Positions 50,182 through 62,760 of a stretch of DNA of 64,000 bases are shown piece after piece. The position numbers and the translations under genes are program-made. The DNA is from the human T2T-CHM13v2.0 reference genome, Homo sapiens. Under the pieces are notes generated by a model that saw only the letters and a list, made by a program, of their open reading frames with translations, made no database searches and was not told the origin of the DNA. How positions within the stretch are numbered: position 1 is the stretch's first letter; each line of letters opens with the position of its first letter. The stretch lies in the NCBI RefSeq assembly GCF_009914755.1, contig NC_060938.1, one strand, 5' to 3'.

Positions 50182-52211
50182 TCAAAGGTTGTAGCAAATC
50201 TGGTGTACATTTTGTACTTTGTACTGCAAATATTCATATTGTTTGACCCCTTTTTCCTCTTAGGAGTAACTTTTAGTTTTGCCATCTTCCTTTGTTTTTG
50301 TCTTCCTGTGTTGTTCTGTTATGGAGAGGGGTACCATATGATAGAACACAGGCCTAGAACCCCTAGAGCCCCATGTTTTGAGCCAGCCCTGCAGGCTGTT
50401 TTAAATGCTGCAGGTCCCTGAAACAAAAACCAGATAAAGTTTTCCACTTATCTTGTCTTATGTTCTTGAGAATTTGACTTTGTGACCATGTGGATACTGA
50501 CTCTTGGTTTCTGCCATCTGAAGGGTGGGAATTTTGGGGTTTGTGTCATGTGGCTGGTCTGAAAGGACTGAGAGGCTGAGACACAGCAGTACCCTTTTCC
50601 TTCCAAATGCGTCAAGCCCTTTGGTGAATTCTATCTTAAAAGGTCCCAGCTCTATGGGTCTTTTGCTATGTTAAGCCCATTTCTGAGAGAGAATTTTTGG
50701 GGGTCATAGAGATGCATTCTCTACACTTTCTCTAGACATACCTCTTGCTTATATGATAAAAACCTAAAAAGAAATGTCATCTGAGTTTTAAAAGGCTTTT
50801 GGATTGAGCCACTATTGGAATTATATGCAATTAAAAGTAAAAAGGATTTTTCAAATCCCTTATTCTAAACAAGTAATAAAAAGGTTAAATTTAGAAAAGG
50901 ACAATTAATAGTGTTATGGCTAGCCATAAAACATCTCTCTAGCAGTTAAAATTATTTTCAAGTTCAAAAATGCCTCATCTAGACCCATTCTGCGAAGAGC
51001 ATTGGCAACTGCCTCATACTGTAGCTCAGTAGCTAAGACTTTGCATGGGTTTTATTTCCAGCTTAGGAAATGAGCCATTTCTGGTTTGATGTTTGTATAG
51101 TTTGCCATTTATTGATTATCTTCCCCTCTATGGGCAGCTTCTGATTTCTTATCTTAATTTTTTTTTTCTTTCATTCACCTTTGGGATGATTCCAGATCTT
51201 GTAAAAACTGCTCACTGTCTCTTTTGAAAACACCTCATGTGTCCATGTTTAAGTTATAACCTTAGTTAAGGCTTATTGGTTTCACTTAGAATACCTATCA
51301 TTAAAAAGGCTTAAGAGACAGAGGTATCATCTGTCCTGGGTAAAATCTGGTAATAAGATATTTGAAAAAAATTCCCTTCAAGAGCTCTATAATTAAAAGT
51401 AGGCTTAGTTAGGCTGATATTTCAGCTACATGTGTGTATATATTGTTTTAAAACCTCTGCTCTCCCTCTGTAAAAACTTCTTGGCCAACTGAATTCTGTT
51501 TGTTTAAATATTAACTTTGGTATGTAAAACTAGGTAAGAGATATACTTCTAAAAATGGCTAAACGGCAGGTGCTTACAGTGAGTGTTTTTTATTTCAGGG
51601 CAGTACTCCTTTCTTTGTGCACTTAGATAAGGAAAACATGTTTTTGGGCACCTACAAAGTATGGTAATGGTGGATGGGCTGGTTACAGAGCAGGATGATT
51701 TACATTGGGTTGCCCAGCAACCTTGGGAAAATGTCCTTACAATGTATTACACTGTGGAAGCATTGCATTAACTCATCTCATCGTGTTTTCCTTTTCTTGG
51801 AGACCTGGGACTCAGTGTAAAAATGAAATCCTTTATTTGGGAAAATCTTTTCTGCCTTCCAGCTGTGACTGCTTATTAGGCCCTAGAAACTACATGCTTT
51901 ATTGACCCTGTTCCTTAAAAGGGCTTCACCCTAAAGCTGGTAACCCAATTTAGAAACTTGCATCTTTAAAGAAATTTCCATGTGTAAGGCCGTCTCCTTT
52001 TCCTGGCCATCTTAACTAAACTTTTGCTCACACCATTTTTCGTTGGTTTGAGAAAAATACTAATTCTTTATTTCATTTCACTTGAGTTTATCCTTTTAGA
52101 AATGGATTGGAGCTGCCTCACTGACAATTGTTTAGGGCAGGAAACAGGTTATTAAGAGACTGTCTAAAATGGAAAAGAGAAACTTTAAAAACTGGCACAT
52201 AAAGAATCTCA

Positions 52212-52513
<302 letters not shown>

Positions 52514-55500
52514 ACCTCATAAATCTGTAAAATCTGTTTCTGTCTGGTGTTTGTATGTCCACATGTTTATATGTGTCATGTGTATGTGATATTTTCACTA
52601 CCAAAATATATAAAAGAGCTCTTATTAATTGACTTAAAAACAAGCACTTAAATAAAATATTGTATCAGAAAAACAAAAACTTTAGCTAAAATGCCTTTTA
52701 GTTCACTTTCGTAATCTTTGGGAAATAAAGACAGTTTTAAAAATTATTAGTAAAATAAAATAAAAAACATTTTCAGAATTTAGATACTTGGCCTGAATTA
52801 GGCAGGTTAGATATTGTCTTTGCTAGATGTCTCAAGGTCACAAACTGCTTCTATGACATTTTTTGATGATTGATTTCTCTGTTTTATAGCCATTAAATTC
52901 TAGGTAAGGCCTGGGGACATGTGGAGTTAGCCGTGCCCCCTGGCTGTGCTGAGAAGAGTCAGATATTGTAGTTCTGTTCTTGTTCTGGGCTCTGCAATTT
53001 AATTCATAGTTAAAATTGCTTACTTACCAGGTTTTCACTAAAAGGAAAAGTTGCTAAGAGTTAGCATTGTAACATACATAACTGAGACTACTAGAGAAAC
53101 AGTTTTACATGCAAGGTATATAAGAAAAGTAGATGGTATCTGTGGCAAAAGGTTGTAAGAGCACATGGAAATATGGTTTTCATGAAAGGGAAAGCATTTT
53201 GTCTAGTTTAAAGGTTTTTAAAAATTGTCTTAATTTAAAAAACATAGGAAAAAACTAAAGGTTTAAGCAAATTATAGAAGATATGTGAAACATTTATCTT
53301 GTAAAGAAAGGTCTGTGTGAGAGAAAGTTGGCCAAAATTTGAAGGGGATTATTCTGTTTTTCTGTAAGTTATATATTAAGATAAAAAGCACACTGATGCA
53401 GGGCAAGAATCTAGGCCCATGTGTCAGAATAGCAGGGTTTTTTTTGGATCACCGATCTGCTCTTCAATAGGAAATTGTAAAGGATTATAAAATGTTTATG
53501 GAAATCTTACCTTATGGTCAAACTGATTAAAAGAATATATATATATTTATAAGATTTTATTAAAAATTGAGGTTAGTGTTAACAGTACACTAATGAAAAG
53601 GTGAATTTTGGTTTTCTTTTTTGAACAAGATCTTTGTGTAATATTGAGAGATAATAAAAGATTTTTGTTTGCCTTTGGAATAAACTGCAGGACAAAAGAG
53701 GGGAGAGAGAAGAGAAAGATTCAGTTGACCTCATGCTGTCTTTATTGATTCTTGTTGTTTAGAAAGCTGAGTTTCTTCTCTATCAAAGAGTAAATGTTTT
53801 TGCCTTTTGAAAATCTGTGAAGTCATCACTTTAGCTGACTGAATAATCTGTAATCCAATTTTGTGATATCAAGTATTTAAACCTTTGGTATTTGATAAAC
53901 TTTCTGAAATCAAATTTGAAATTCAGTCCTTTGACATCATTAACTTGTTTAGATATTAGGTCCTCTGAAGTCCAAAAGAGACATATTTGGTTTATTTAGC
54001 ATGTTAAAATAATATAGGAAACATTGTCAAGTATGAAATGGTGTTCGGCTTTTTTTCCATTGCAGTTGTGTGAGTGTGTTATTGGTATGTGTTCCAGAAT
54101 TGTGTGAGACTGCTAAAATTTTGATAGGACTTAGTGTTATCAATAATAATTATGATTATGTTTAATTGTTGTATGCCACAAAAAATAACAGTTTTCTTTT
54201 CAATTATATCTTTAGCCAGGGCTGTTCTGACACTTTTGTCATTCATAATTATTGCTTTACTTTGACTCTTTTTCATAAGTTGATTTTATTATCAGCTATA
54301 GGCCTCTGGCATGTACTCTTCAATGCAGGTTTCTAGTAACTTTTGAGATTGTGTCATTGGAATAGGGAGAAAAACCTCCAGCACTTTCATGGACAGCTTA
54401 GGTGTCCATGAATATCAAGCAGAACAAGAGTTAATTGCATGGACTGAATTAATAGAAGACTGATTTTTTTTAATGATTTTTTGCTTGAAACATTGCTGAT
54501 TCTTTTTGTTTTGTTTTTCAGGGTCAATACAATTTCTTTGAGTTATTTTTAGCTTTTTACAATTGAGTAAAGTGTACTTCTGTGAGCAAAATTTGAATCA
54601 CATTTCTTTTTCTCTACTTGATTTCTCCAGAATTTGAGAACTATTTGTGAGTATTCTTAATTTATGGCAATATAGTTATTTGTATAAGTTCAATAAGAAT
54701 CTGTTTTCTTTTGTAACAGGACACAATTTTAGACACTGATTATTTTACCATGGCTTTGACTAGAATGACATTTTTTCAGACTGCATTGAGTAATTGAGGC
54801 TAACCTATAGAGCTGATAAAAGCCCTTTGGAAAAACTGGTCTCATATTTTGTCTATGCAGTTCTTTTGCAGAGTTCCTGACCTGTGGTAAGTAAAGAATA
54901 TCGCCTTCTAATAGACCCAGGAACTTCACATGTTTTTTTTTTTTTGGACCTTGAGAATATAGGAGTTCACCCAATTCATACATGTATCTGCAAAATCCTT
55001 GGTTGGGCTCAAGATAATTTTGAAAAGTTTAATCTGAGATTTCCTGAGTTCCAGGAAAGCCAATTTAGAAAAAAAGCCTCTATGGCAAATAATTATTTTT
55101 TCCTGCCTTTTATGCAAATAATCAAGCCAAATATAAGGGACTAGAACTTATTTTGCAAATAAATTGGTCCTACTATGATTTCTCTTTGGTAAAATTGGAG
55201 AACTGAGAGAGAAAAATTATGTTTCAGAAAAAAAACCTATAGTACACCTATTATTAGATTTTAGCCTCATCCATTATTTTTGAATATCTACTGATGACCC
55301 CATATCTGATTAGTTCTTGGGTTCATTCACCTGGATCCCTCAAAACTTCATGTAAGTTCTGGAGTGATTCCTAAAGCTAGGACTTTCACTCCTTATGTTA
55401 GGGTTCAGTATTTATTATAGTCCACTATTCACTGAAGTGCTGTACTAAAGCTGTGAATAAGAGTACTAATGTTTTTGTTATGCAGACCATGAGACCCCAA

Positions 55501-55699
55501 CCAGGCACCCATGAATACCTGCAAACAACTGTAAAACAGTTTCATTGCTCTTACCCTGGGGACAACTCCTACTCCAACTATGCCCCATCTCCATAGCTCA
55601 CAGTTAAGGACTGATGTGTGCTGACACCCAAGGGGTCATTGAAACCACCTTTGCAAAGATTATGAGAGTAAGAAAAGTCTAGCATGGCTTACTCCATCT

Positions 55700-55860
55700 T
55701 GGAGAAATCAAGTAGGGAGAAAAAAATTTGAACAAAATTTTGCTCACAGGAGTATAATTTACTCAATTGTAAAAAGTTATATAACTCAAAGAATTTTTTG
55801 ACACTGAAAAACACAACAAAAAGAATCAACAATGTTTCAAGCAAAAGGTCATAAACATTA
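55700..55860 (-). repeat. Inverted copy of ERV internal segment 54471-54629
   Basis: Reverse complement shares 'ttttgcttgaaacattg', 'ctttttacaattgagtaaa', 'ctgtgagcaaaattt' and 'ctacttgatttctcca'. Confidence 0.88.
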
Positions 55861-56444
55861 TTAATAAATATTTCCAAATAAAGGTCTCTGTTAAATGTTC
55901 AGTGAACAACTTTATTATTTCTTAAGCAATTCTTGGTCATGATCGAGGGCATTAGGAAATGATCAAATTGATTTTCAAGTTGTTAACCGGTTAGTCCCTG
56001 GTATTTTAGAGTCCTATCCTTTCCTCAGGGTCCTGCAGGTTCATGCTCGTTTGAATTATTTTTCGTATTAGTCTTTGTTTTTTCTTCCCCTTTCTGACTA
56101 CTTATTCTCTTAAAATGTGAGAACAATTTTATCCTCATGAAATTACAATTATTTTATTTATTTATCTTTTCCTTCTCTAAGATATTTCAAAAGTGGCCTT
56201 GTGTTTTTTACTTTATAGCCTTTGGGGAAAAGTTTGGAAGAATGATCTCCATTGCTGCTAGAGTTCATTGGGACATGTCAGCCTAAGTGGCTGTAAAGAT
56301 ACTCTCCCACTAATTAACACATATCTCAAATCAGGATGTGCATCTTTCTATTCTCCTTCCTCAGGATAAATCCCTACTAATCTGTCAGAGTTTGTGCTTA
56401 TCCTTTTTCTTCTTTGTTAGAAAAAAAGATGATTTCTTATTCTG

Positions 56445-56632
56445 ATGGTGGGAGTGAGGATTGGAGGCAAATAGGCATAAGTAAGCTCTTTGGAGTTATG
56501 GAAATATTGTAACACTAGATTGTAGTGATTGTTGTATAACTGTACATTTACTAAAATCATTTGAATGTACACATAAAGCTGGAAATTATGTAGCATGAAA
56601 ATTATACCTCAATAAGTATGTTAAAAAATTAA
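56445..56632 (+). mobile_element. L1M (MC/ME-type) 3' terminus
   Basis: 'ggaaatattgt..gattgtagtgat..atttactaaaatcatt..aaattatacctcaataa'. Confidence 0.7.
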
Positions 56633-56808
56633 ATCCCAGTAATTTGGGGGTCATTGGAACCTACATTGAAAAAAGTAGTTATTCTTTGCATCTACTAATT
56701 AGGATTCCTAGTTGTCTGCTCAAATATTTTAGAATCTTCAAGATGGGAATGTAGCTTTGCTCTCCATAGTGTCCTTATGGAATGGACACACTCAAAGTGT
56801 AAACCAAG

Positions 56809-57031
56809 CAGGACTGGATTAAGGCTTTGGAAGTCCATGTACTTCTGGAAAACTATGGTGCTGTACTATATCTAATTAAAAAATTCTAAACTTTAAACAT
56901 AAAGTTATCCTATACACAATAAATTTGATGTTTTTAAAATATGGAGTATTAACCTTTTTCGTTTGTGGTGTATCTGATTTGTTGGTGTCCTAAGCACATG
57001 CTTGATGTACCCATTGGATTATCCAGTACTT
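56809..57031. mobile_element. hAT-Tip100-like MITE
   Basis: Imperfect TIRs CAGGACTGGATTA.. and ..TTATCCAGTACT; internal 'gtcctaagcacatgctt'. Confidence 0.45.
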
Positions 57032-57196
57032 CTTTCAAGTACTTCTGAGTAGCATTGACTTCCAGCTTATCTGTCAGCCAACCAAATATTGTAGCAGTTT
57101 TCAGGAAGAAGACGTCATGAACTCAATTTGCTAACATTTCATTTAGGAATTTTCTTTCAATATTTAGATTGATAAGGGCTTATAAATATCCTTTTC

Positions 57197-57225
57197 GTGC
57201 TTGCTTCGGCAGCACATATACTAAA
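57197..57225 (+). pseudogene. RNU6: 3'-truncated (tailless) U6 snRNA retrocopy, U6 nt 1-25, with nt 26-29 shared with the TSD
   Basis: GTGCTTGCTTCGGCAGCACATATACTAAA vs U6 GTGCTCGCTTCGGCAGCACATATACTAAA (one CpG transition); perfect 14-bp TSD TAAATATCCTTTTC at 57183-57196 and 57222-57235. Confidence 0.95.
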
Positions 57226-57757
57226 TATCCTTTTCTTCCTTGTCTACCTTTAGGATCAGGCTTACAAAAGCCTCAACATATAAGTTGGAAAATGTTCACT
57301 GTATTTCTGTTGTCAGTAGAGTTTGCCTGTAATATCTGATCCTGATGTATTCTGTGAGGGAAGATGTTTAACTATAGATTCAATTCTTTGAATGTGTTAA
57401 ATATACTCAGGATTTTTTAAGAGTTATTTTTGGTCAATTTTCCCAGGAATCTATCTATTTTGTCTACATTTTAAGATATATCAGCACAAATACATTTGTC
57501 ATATTGCCTTATCTTTAACATAGTTGCTAATTATAGCTATATGCCTCATTTTTTGCACTTCTTAATATTGTTTCTTTGGACATTCTCTATTTTTCCTTTA
57601 AAAATGCCAGAAATTTTATTAACAAATAGAAGGACCAACTTGGCTTTTATTGTGTCTCCCTTTCTTTATCTTTGTTTTTGTGGTCTTTGATTTTTACTTA
57701 TGTTTCTCCTTCCTTCTACTATCTTTGGATTTCTCTTATGTTATTTATCTAATTTAA

Positions 57758-58016
57758 TTTTTTTTTGAGATGGAGTCTCGCTCTATTGCCCAGGCTGGAG
57801 TGCAGTGGTGCAATCTCGGCTCACTGTAAGCTCCGTCTCCTGGGTTCATGCCATTCTGCCTCAGCCTCCCAAGTAGCTGGGAGTACAGGCACACACCACC
57901 ACAGCTGGCTAATTTTTCTATTTTTTTTTTTTTTTAGTAGAGACAGGGTTTCACTATGTTGGTCAGGCTGGTCTCGAACTCCTGACCTCGTGATCTGCCT
58001 GCCTTGGCCTCCCAAA
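57758..58016 (-). mobile_element. 5'-truncated Alu (late S/Y-like diagnostics)
   Basis: Dimeric Alu lacking its first ~35 nt; 'aagctcc..gggttcatgccattct', 'gacctcgtgatc'. Confidence 0.93.
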
Positions 58017-58266
58017 AATTTTTGTTACTTATATTATTAACTTTTCTAATAAAAGCATTCCTTTAATACCATTTTAAGTTTATGCCCCAAACTTTGATGT
58101 GGATATAGGTATTGCTGCTTCTTTCTGAATATTTAAAATTTTCCTATATGATTTGTTCTTTGAGTTATTAGGAGTATGATTTTTAAAGCACACACTTGTG
58201 TTTGTACTGTCTTTTAAGTTTATAATTGGGTTATTGGTTATTTAACCTAACTACACCTTGGGTAAG

Positions 58267-58955
58267 TGCTATAGAGTGGATGTTTTTTTCTATGAAGTAG
58301 ATTCACTGTGTACTAGTTACCACCTTGTCTGAATCCAGTGAGACAAAACATCCAGGCACATAACTTACATGGAATGAGTTGATTACTTACAGATAGGCAG
58401 CAAGGGACAGCAGAAGCCCAGGATTCAGAGCAAGCCAGTTCCTCAAGGATCAAGAAGGCTTGCACAGGGCATATAGAGTCTTTTCTGCACATCGTTCATT
58501 TGCATTGCAGTTGAGCAACCCTGGCTGTTGTGCCTAGCTCCCCTTCATTTCAAGATGTTGCTTTCCCAGTGTATTCCACAGTTATTTTTGATAACTGTAA
58601 GCAAGACAGACGGGAGAACTGGGTCAGTGCAATGCCCTCTGAAGATCTGTCTTTCCAATGGAATGGCATTAGGAAGTGGAACATTTGGGTGGTATGGTAA
58701 TGAGGTTATGAGGGTACAGACCTCATGAATAGGATTAGTGTGATTATAAGCATCCTTCCCTGATTTTGGCATGTGAGAACACAGCAAAAAGATGGCAATC
58801 TATAAACCAGGAAGTGAGCCTTCACCAGACGCTGAATCTGCTAGTGCCTTCATCTTGAATATCCCAGGCTCCAAAACTATGAGAAATAAGTTTCTGTACT
58901 TTATAAGACACGCAATCTATGGTATTCACTTATAGCAGTCAGAATTAAGTAGGAA
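58267..58955 (+). mobile_element. MLT1A-like MaLR LTR split by MER54
   Basis: TGCTATAG start; 'catgtgagaacacagcaaaaagatggc..ccaggaagtgagccttcaccagac..gaatctgct'. Confidence 0.75.
58300..58657 (-). mobile_element. ERVL LTR, MER54-like, internally deleted
   Basis: Minus strand 'gacccagttctccc..aataactgtggaatacactgggaaagcaacatc'; plus strand 'attacttacagataggcagcaagggac'. Confidence 0.65.
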
Positions 58956-61226
58956 AGAAATAGAACATAGTTTGTCTGATACACATTTTTTGAAATTGGT
59001 TTAGACTTGCTTTATGGTATAGTAAATGTTTTTATGTTTATGATATAATAAATGTTTTTATGATCATGTTTTACAAATATCACACATGTACTTGAAGAGA
59101 AAATGTATTTTCTAATTATTGGATGAATGGTTCTATATATATTCATTTATATCAAGCTTTTAAATTGTGTAGTTTAAATTTGTATTTGTAAATTTACTGC
59201 CTAATTGACCTATAAAATTTGAGATTCATTTAAAAATTTTTCACAATAATGGTAGGCTTGTTCATTTTTACCCATAAAGCTAAATGTTTGTGTGTTTCTA
59301 TATTTTGAGTCCTCTTAATTAGATGCATACAAGTTTAAAATTTATAACTTTTGATAAGTTGAATTCTTTATCATCACGTAATGGTCTTTATATTTTTTGC
59401 CTTAAATTTCTTTTGTTTCAAAAGTAATATAACTACCACAGCAATATTTTGTTAGTATTTATCTAGTATACCTTTTTCTATTATTTTGCTTTCCAACGTT
59501 TCATTTTTATTTCCTTACGTTTTGATGAGTTTTCTCTCTCTCTCTCTCTCTCTCTCTCAACACCCTCCCTTGCACCTCATTATGAAAATCTTTGTTTTCT
59601 ACCTTCTGTGTCACAAGTTTAGATCATTAATATTGAATGTGATTTCTGTCATTTTGGTGCTTCCTAAAATATTTTAATTTGTATTTTCTATGTATTTCAT
59701 TTCATTTTATTTTATTTCTATTTATTTCATTTTATCTATGCTTCATTTTTTTCTTTTCATATTAATGACTAAATGTTTGCAATCCATTGATTTAGTCATT
59801 TTGTTTATTTTCTTGATTTTTTTTTTCAATTTACTAAGTTGGTTGTATTCTTTCAGTGACTGCTCTTGAAATTTAATCACATATCCTTTGAAAGTTCTAC
59901 AGTTAATCAATATTTAAGTCCCCTCTCCAGAATAATGCATGATTTTAGAGGTGTAATTGTGATAACTCCCTCTCTTCACCAGACAATCATTCTATAGTAC
60001 TTTGTTTCTGTCATTTTTTAAGTAAACAATTTAAGGACTAATATTACTTTCCAAGATGAGTTTGTTTAGATTTATCCCATGTCTACTAATTTCTTTGCTT
60101 ACCAATACTTCTTGCATTGCACACTTTATGTCAGAGGTCTTCTTTCTTCTAAGGTTCCTATAGTAAAAATCTGTTGGTAGCAAACTCATTCAGTCATGAT
60201 TTTTGTTGTCTTGTTCTCTTGTTTTAATCTGAAAGTGACTACTTCATCCCCATTCTTGAAAATATTTTTACTAGATATAAATTTCTAAATAGTTTTATCT
60301 TTTGTTTCTTTTATTATATTATTGTGCTATTTTCCAACTGTTATCATTGCTGTTGAACAGTGGCTGTCCTTTCAATAATTTGTGTTTTCTTTTGAGCTAT
60401 TCTTAGGAGTATATTCTTCGTTTAATGTTTTCAAGTTTTATTTCAAAGTATTTAACTATGAATTTTTTCTTATTTATTCTTCTTAGTATCATAGCATTGT
60501 TTTTATTTATGGATTCCAGTCTTTTTGTCAGCTCTAGACAATTGTCAGCCTATGTCTGTTTAAACATGGCCTAACCTCTTTTAGGACTGTCATTAGGCAT
60601 ATTTTATATTTCTTTCTATTCTCAACGTTTGTTAAGTTGTCATATTTGTCATCTTCTTGCCTATCTCTGTAAAATGGGTAGATCTTTTCTCCAGTTCACT
60701 GTTACTTTATTCACTGTTTGTCTATTCTTCTCTACATATTGAGTTTTAATTTCAAATAAATTTTTCATGTCTAAAACGTTAGGATTTTATAATTAGTATA
60801 TGCCTGGTCTCTTAATTTTATTAAATATGTTATAAATACTTTGGCATAGATAGACTATCTCTGATTATTTCAGTGTCTGAGTCCCTTAGGGATCTGAATA
60901 TGGTTTTTGTGTGTGTTGTGTTTGTTTTTGCCAACCATTTTTTTTTTTTTTTGCAGTGACCTGTTTACTTGTGAATTCAAAAATATTTGATAGTGGGTTC
61001 ACATTTGGCTGGGTTTATACTGTGGGAATTCTGAGTGTATAGACTGAGGGAGCAGTCCTTCATGGAGGATTTGCATTTGCTTTTGCTGGGAGTCAGGAGA
61101 TGTGACAGACTTGTTACTACTGTAGCCCTATCAATGCTCTTAGCTTACCTCCAGATTCTCAGTTTACCTCCTCTAATTGTGTCTGGTTCAAGGTCTAAGG
61201 TTACTTTTTTCTCTCTTCTTAAAAGT

Positions 61227-61870
61227 ACTTGATTATTTTAGATCAGTTTTAGGTTCACAGCAAAATTAAGAGGAAGGTAGAGAGATTTCCCATATATCTC
61301 TGGCCCCACACATGCCTAGCCTCCCCCAGGATCAACATCCCTAACCAGAGTGACAAATTTTTTAAACTTGATGAGCCTATATTGGCATGATATTCACCCG
61401 AAGTTCAAAGCTTACATTAGGGTTCACTTTTGATGTTATAAATTCTGTGAATTAAAAAAACATATAGTAACATATGTCCATCATTATAGTATCATACAGA
61501 ATATCTTCATTGCCCTAAAAATTCTTCTGTGCTCCTTCTATTTATCCCTCCTCAAACCCTGGCAACCACTGATGTTCTTCCTGTCTCCATAGCTTTGTCT
61601 TTTCTAGAATGTCATACAGCTAGAATCATACAGTATATAGCCTTTCCAGATTTTCTGTCAGTTAGTCATATTCGTTTAGAGTTTCCGCATGTCTTTTCAT
61701 AACTTGATCATTTATTTCCTCTTAGTGCCAAATGATATTCCATTTTCTGATATACCACAGTTTATCCATTTATCTACTGAAGGACATGTTGGTTGCTTCC
61801 AAGCTTTGATGAGTAAGAATAAAGCTGCTATAAATACCCATGTGAAGGTTTTTGTGTACACATATGTTTA
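61227..61870 (-). mobile_element. L1MC1-like 3' end
   Basis: 'cagttttaggttcacagcaaaatt..agagatttcccatat..cattatagtatcatacaga..tgccctaaaaat'. Confidence 0.85.
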
Positions 61871-62243
61871 TTTTTTGTTTTGTTTGTTTATAATTGACAC
61901 ATAATTATTATATATTTTTATGCGGTATGGTGTGATGTTTCAATATGTGTTGTACGTTATATTATGATCAAATCAAGGTAGTGTATTAATCATCTTGAAC
62001 CTATATCATGTCTTTGTGATTATAACTTTTAATATCCTATTTTCCAGCTATCTTGAAATACATTGATATTAGCTGTAATCACCCCACTATGTAATAGAAC
62101 ACAAGAATGTGTATTCTGCAGCCATTGGATGGAATGTTCTGTAAATGTCTGTCAGGTCCATTTGGTCTATGGTGCAATTTAAGTCTGATGTTTCTTTGTC
62201 AATTTTCTGTTTGGATGCTCTGTCCATTGATGAAAGTGGGGTA
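61871..62243 (-). mobile_element. L1MA-type 3' end (61871-62102) fused to an L1 ORF2 endonuclease fragment (62103-62243)
   Basis: 'aattgacacataatt..atgatcaaatcaaggta' followed directly by 'agaatgtgtattctgcagcc..ggaatgttctgtaaatgtctg'. Confidence 0.75.
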
Positions 62244-62552
62244 AAAATATGTTTAGTTCTATAAGAAGACCTTGTATTTTGTTACTCAATATTGATACCA
62301 ATATTTTCTTGTTGGACAATCTTGGTTTTGAGTTAGCTTTTCTGATCCAATTTGAGCTCGCAATTTTTAATCATTCTTTTTCAGCTTTTTTAAGCACTAG
62401 CTATTTCTGTTTCTACTAGATGAAAAATGATTTAAGTATGCATTTTACTCCAGGAGTTAAGCCTTTCAGAGTGTCTACTTTGCTATCATGTTATAAGATG
62501 CAGTAATGCTACACTTTTAGAAGTGAAAATCACTCCAATATTTAGATTCTGG

Positions 62553-62760
62553 TGTGTGTATGTGTGTATTTTTCATATACACATATACACACTTGTGTAT
62601 ATATACATATACACTTGTGTATATATACACGCATATATATGTAGGTGTGTATATATGTATATATTTCTTAAGAGTTAAAAATATATATGGCATATGTATG
62701 TGTGTTTTTGTATCTATAAAATATATGTATATATGTATATTTCTTAAAAGTTACAAAATC
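62553..62760. repeat. (TA/TG/CA)n low-complexity tract with internal duplications
   Basis: 'catatacacttgtgtatatatac'-like unit twice and 'atatatttcttaa(g/a)agtta' twice. Confidence 0.8.

Larger units (their letters stand above)
57120..61100 (-). mobile_element. Highly decayed L1ME-type LINE hosting the U6 fragment, an Alu and LTRs
   Basis: T-rich antisense L1 motifs, e.g. 'gtacttgaagagaaaatgtattttcta..atggttctatatat' (EN domain) and 'aatctgttggtagcaaactc'. Confidence 0.6.
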
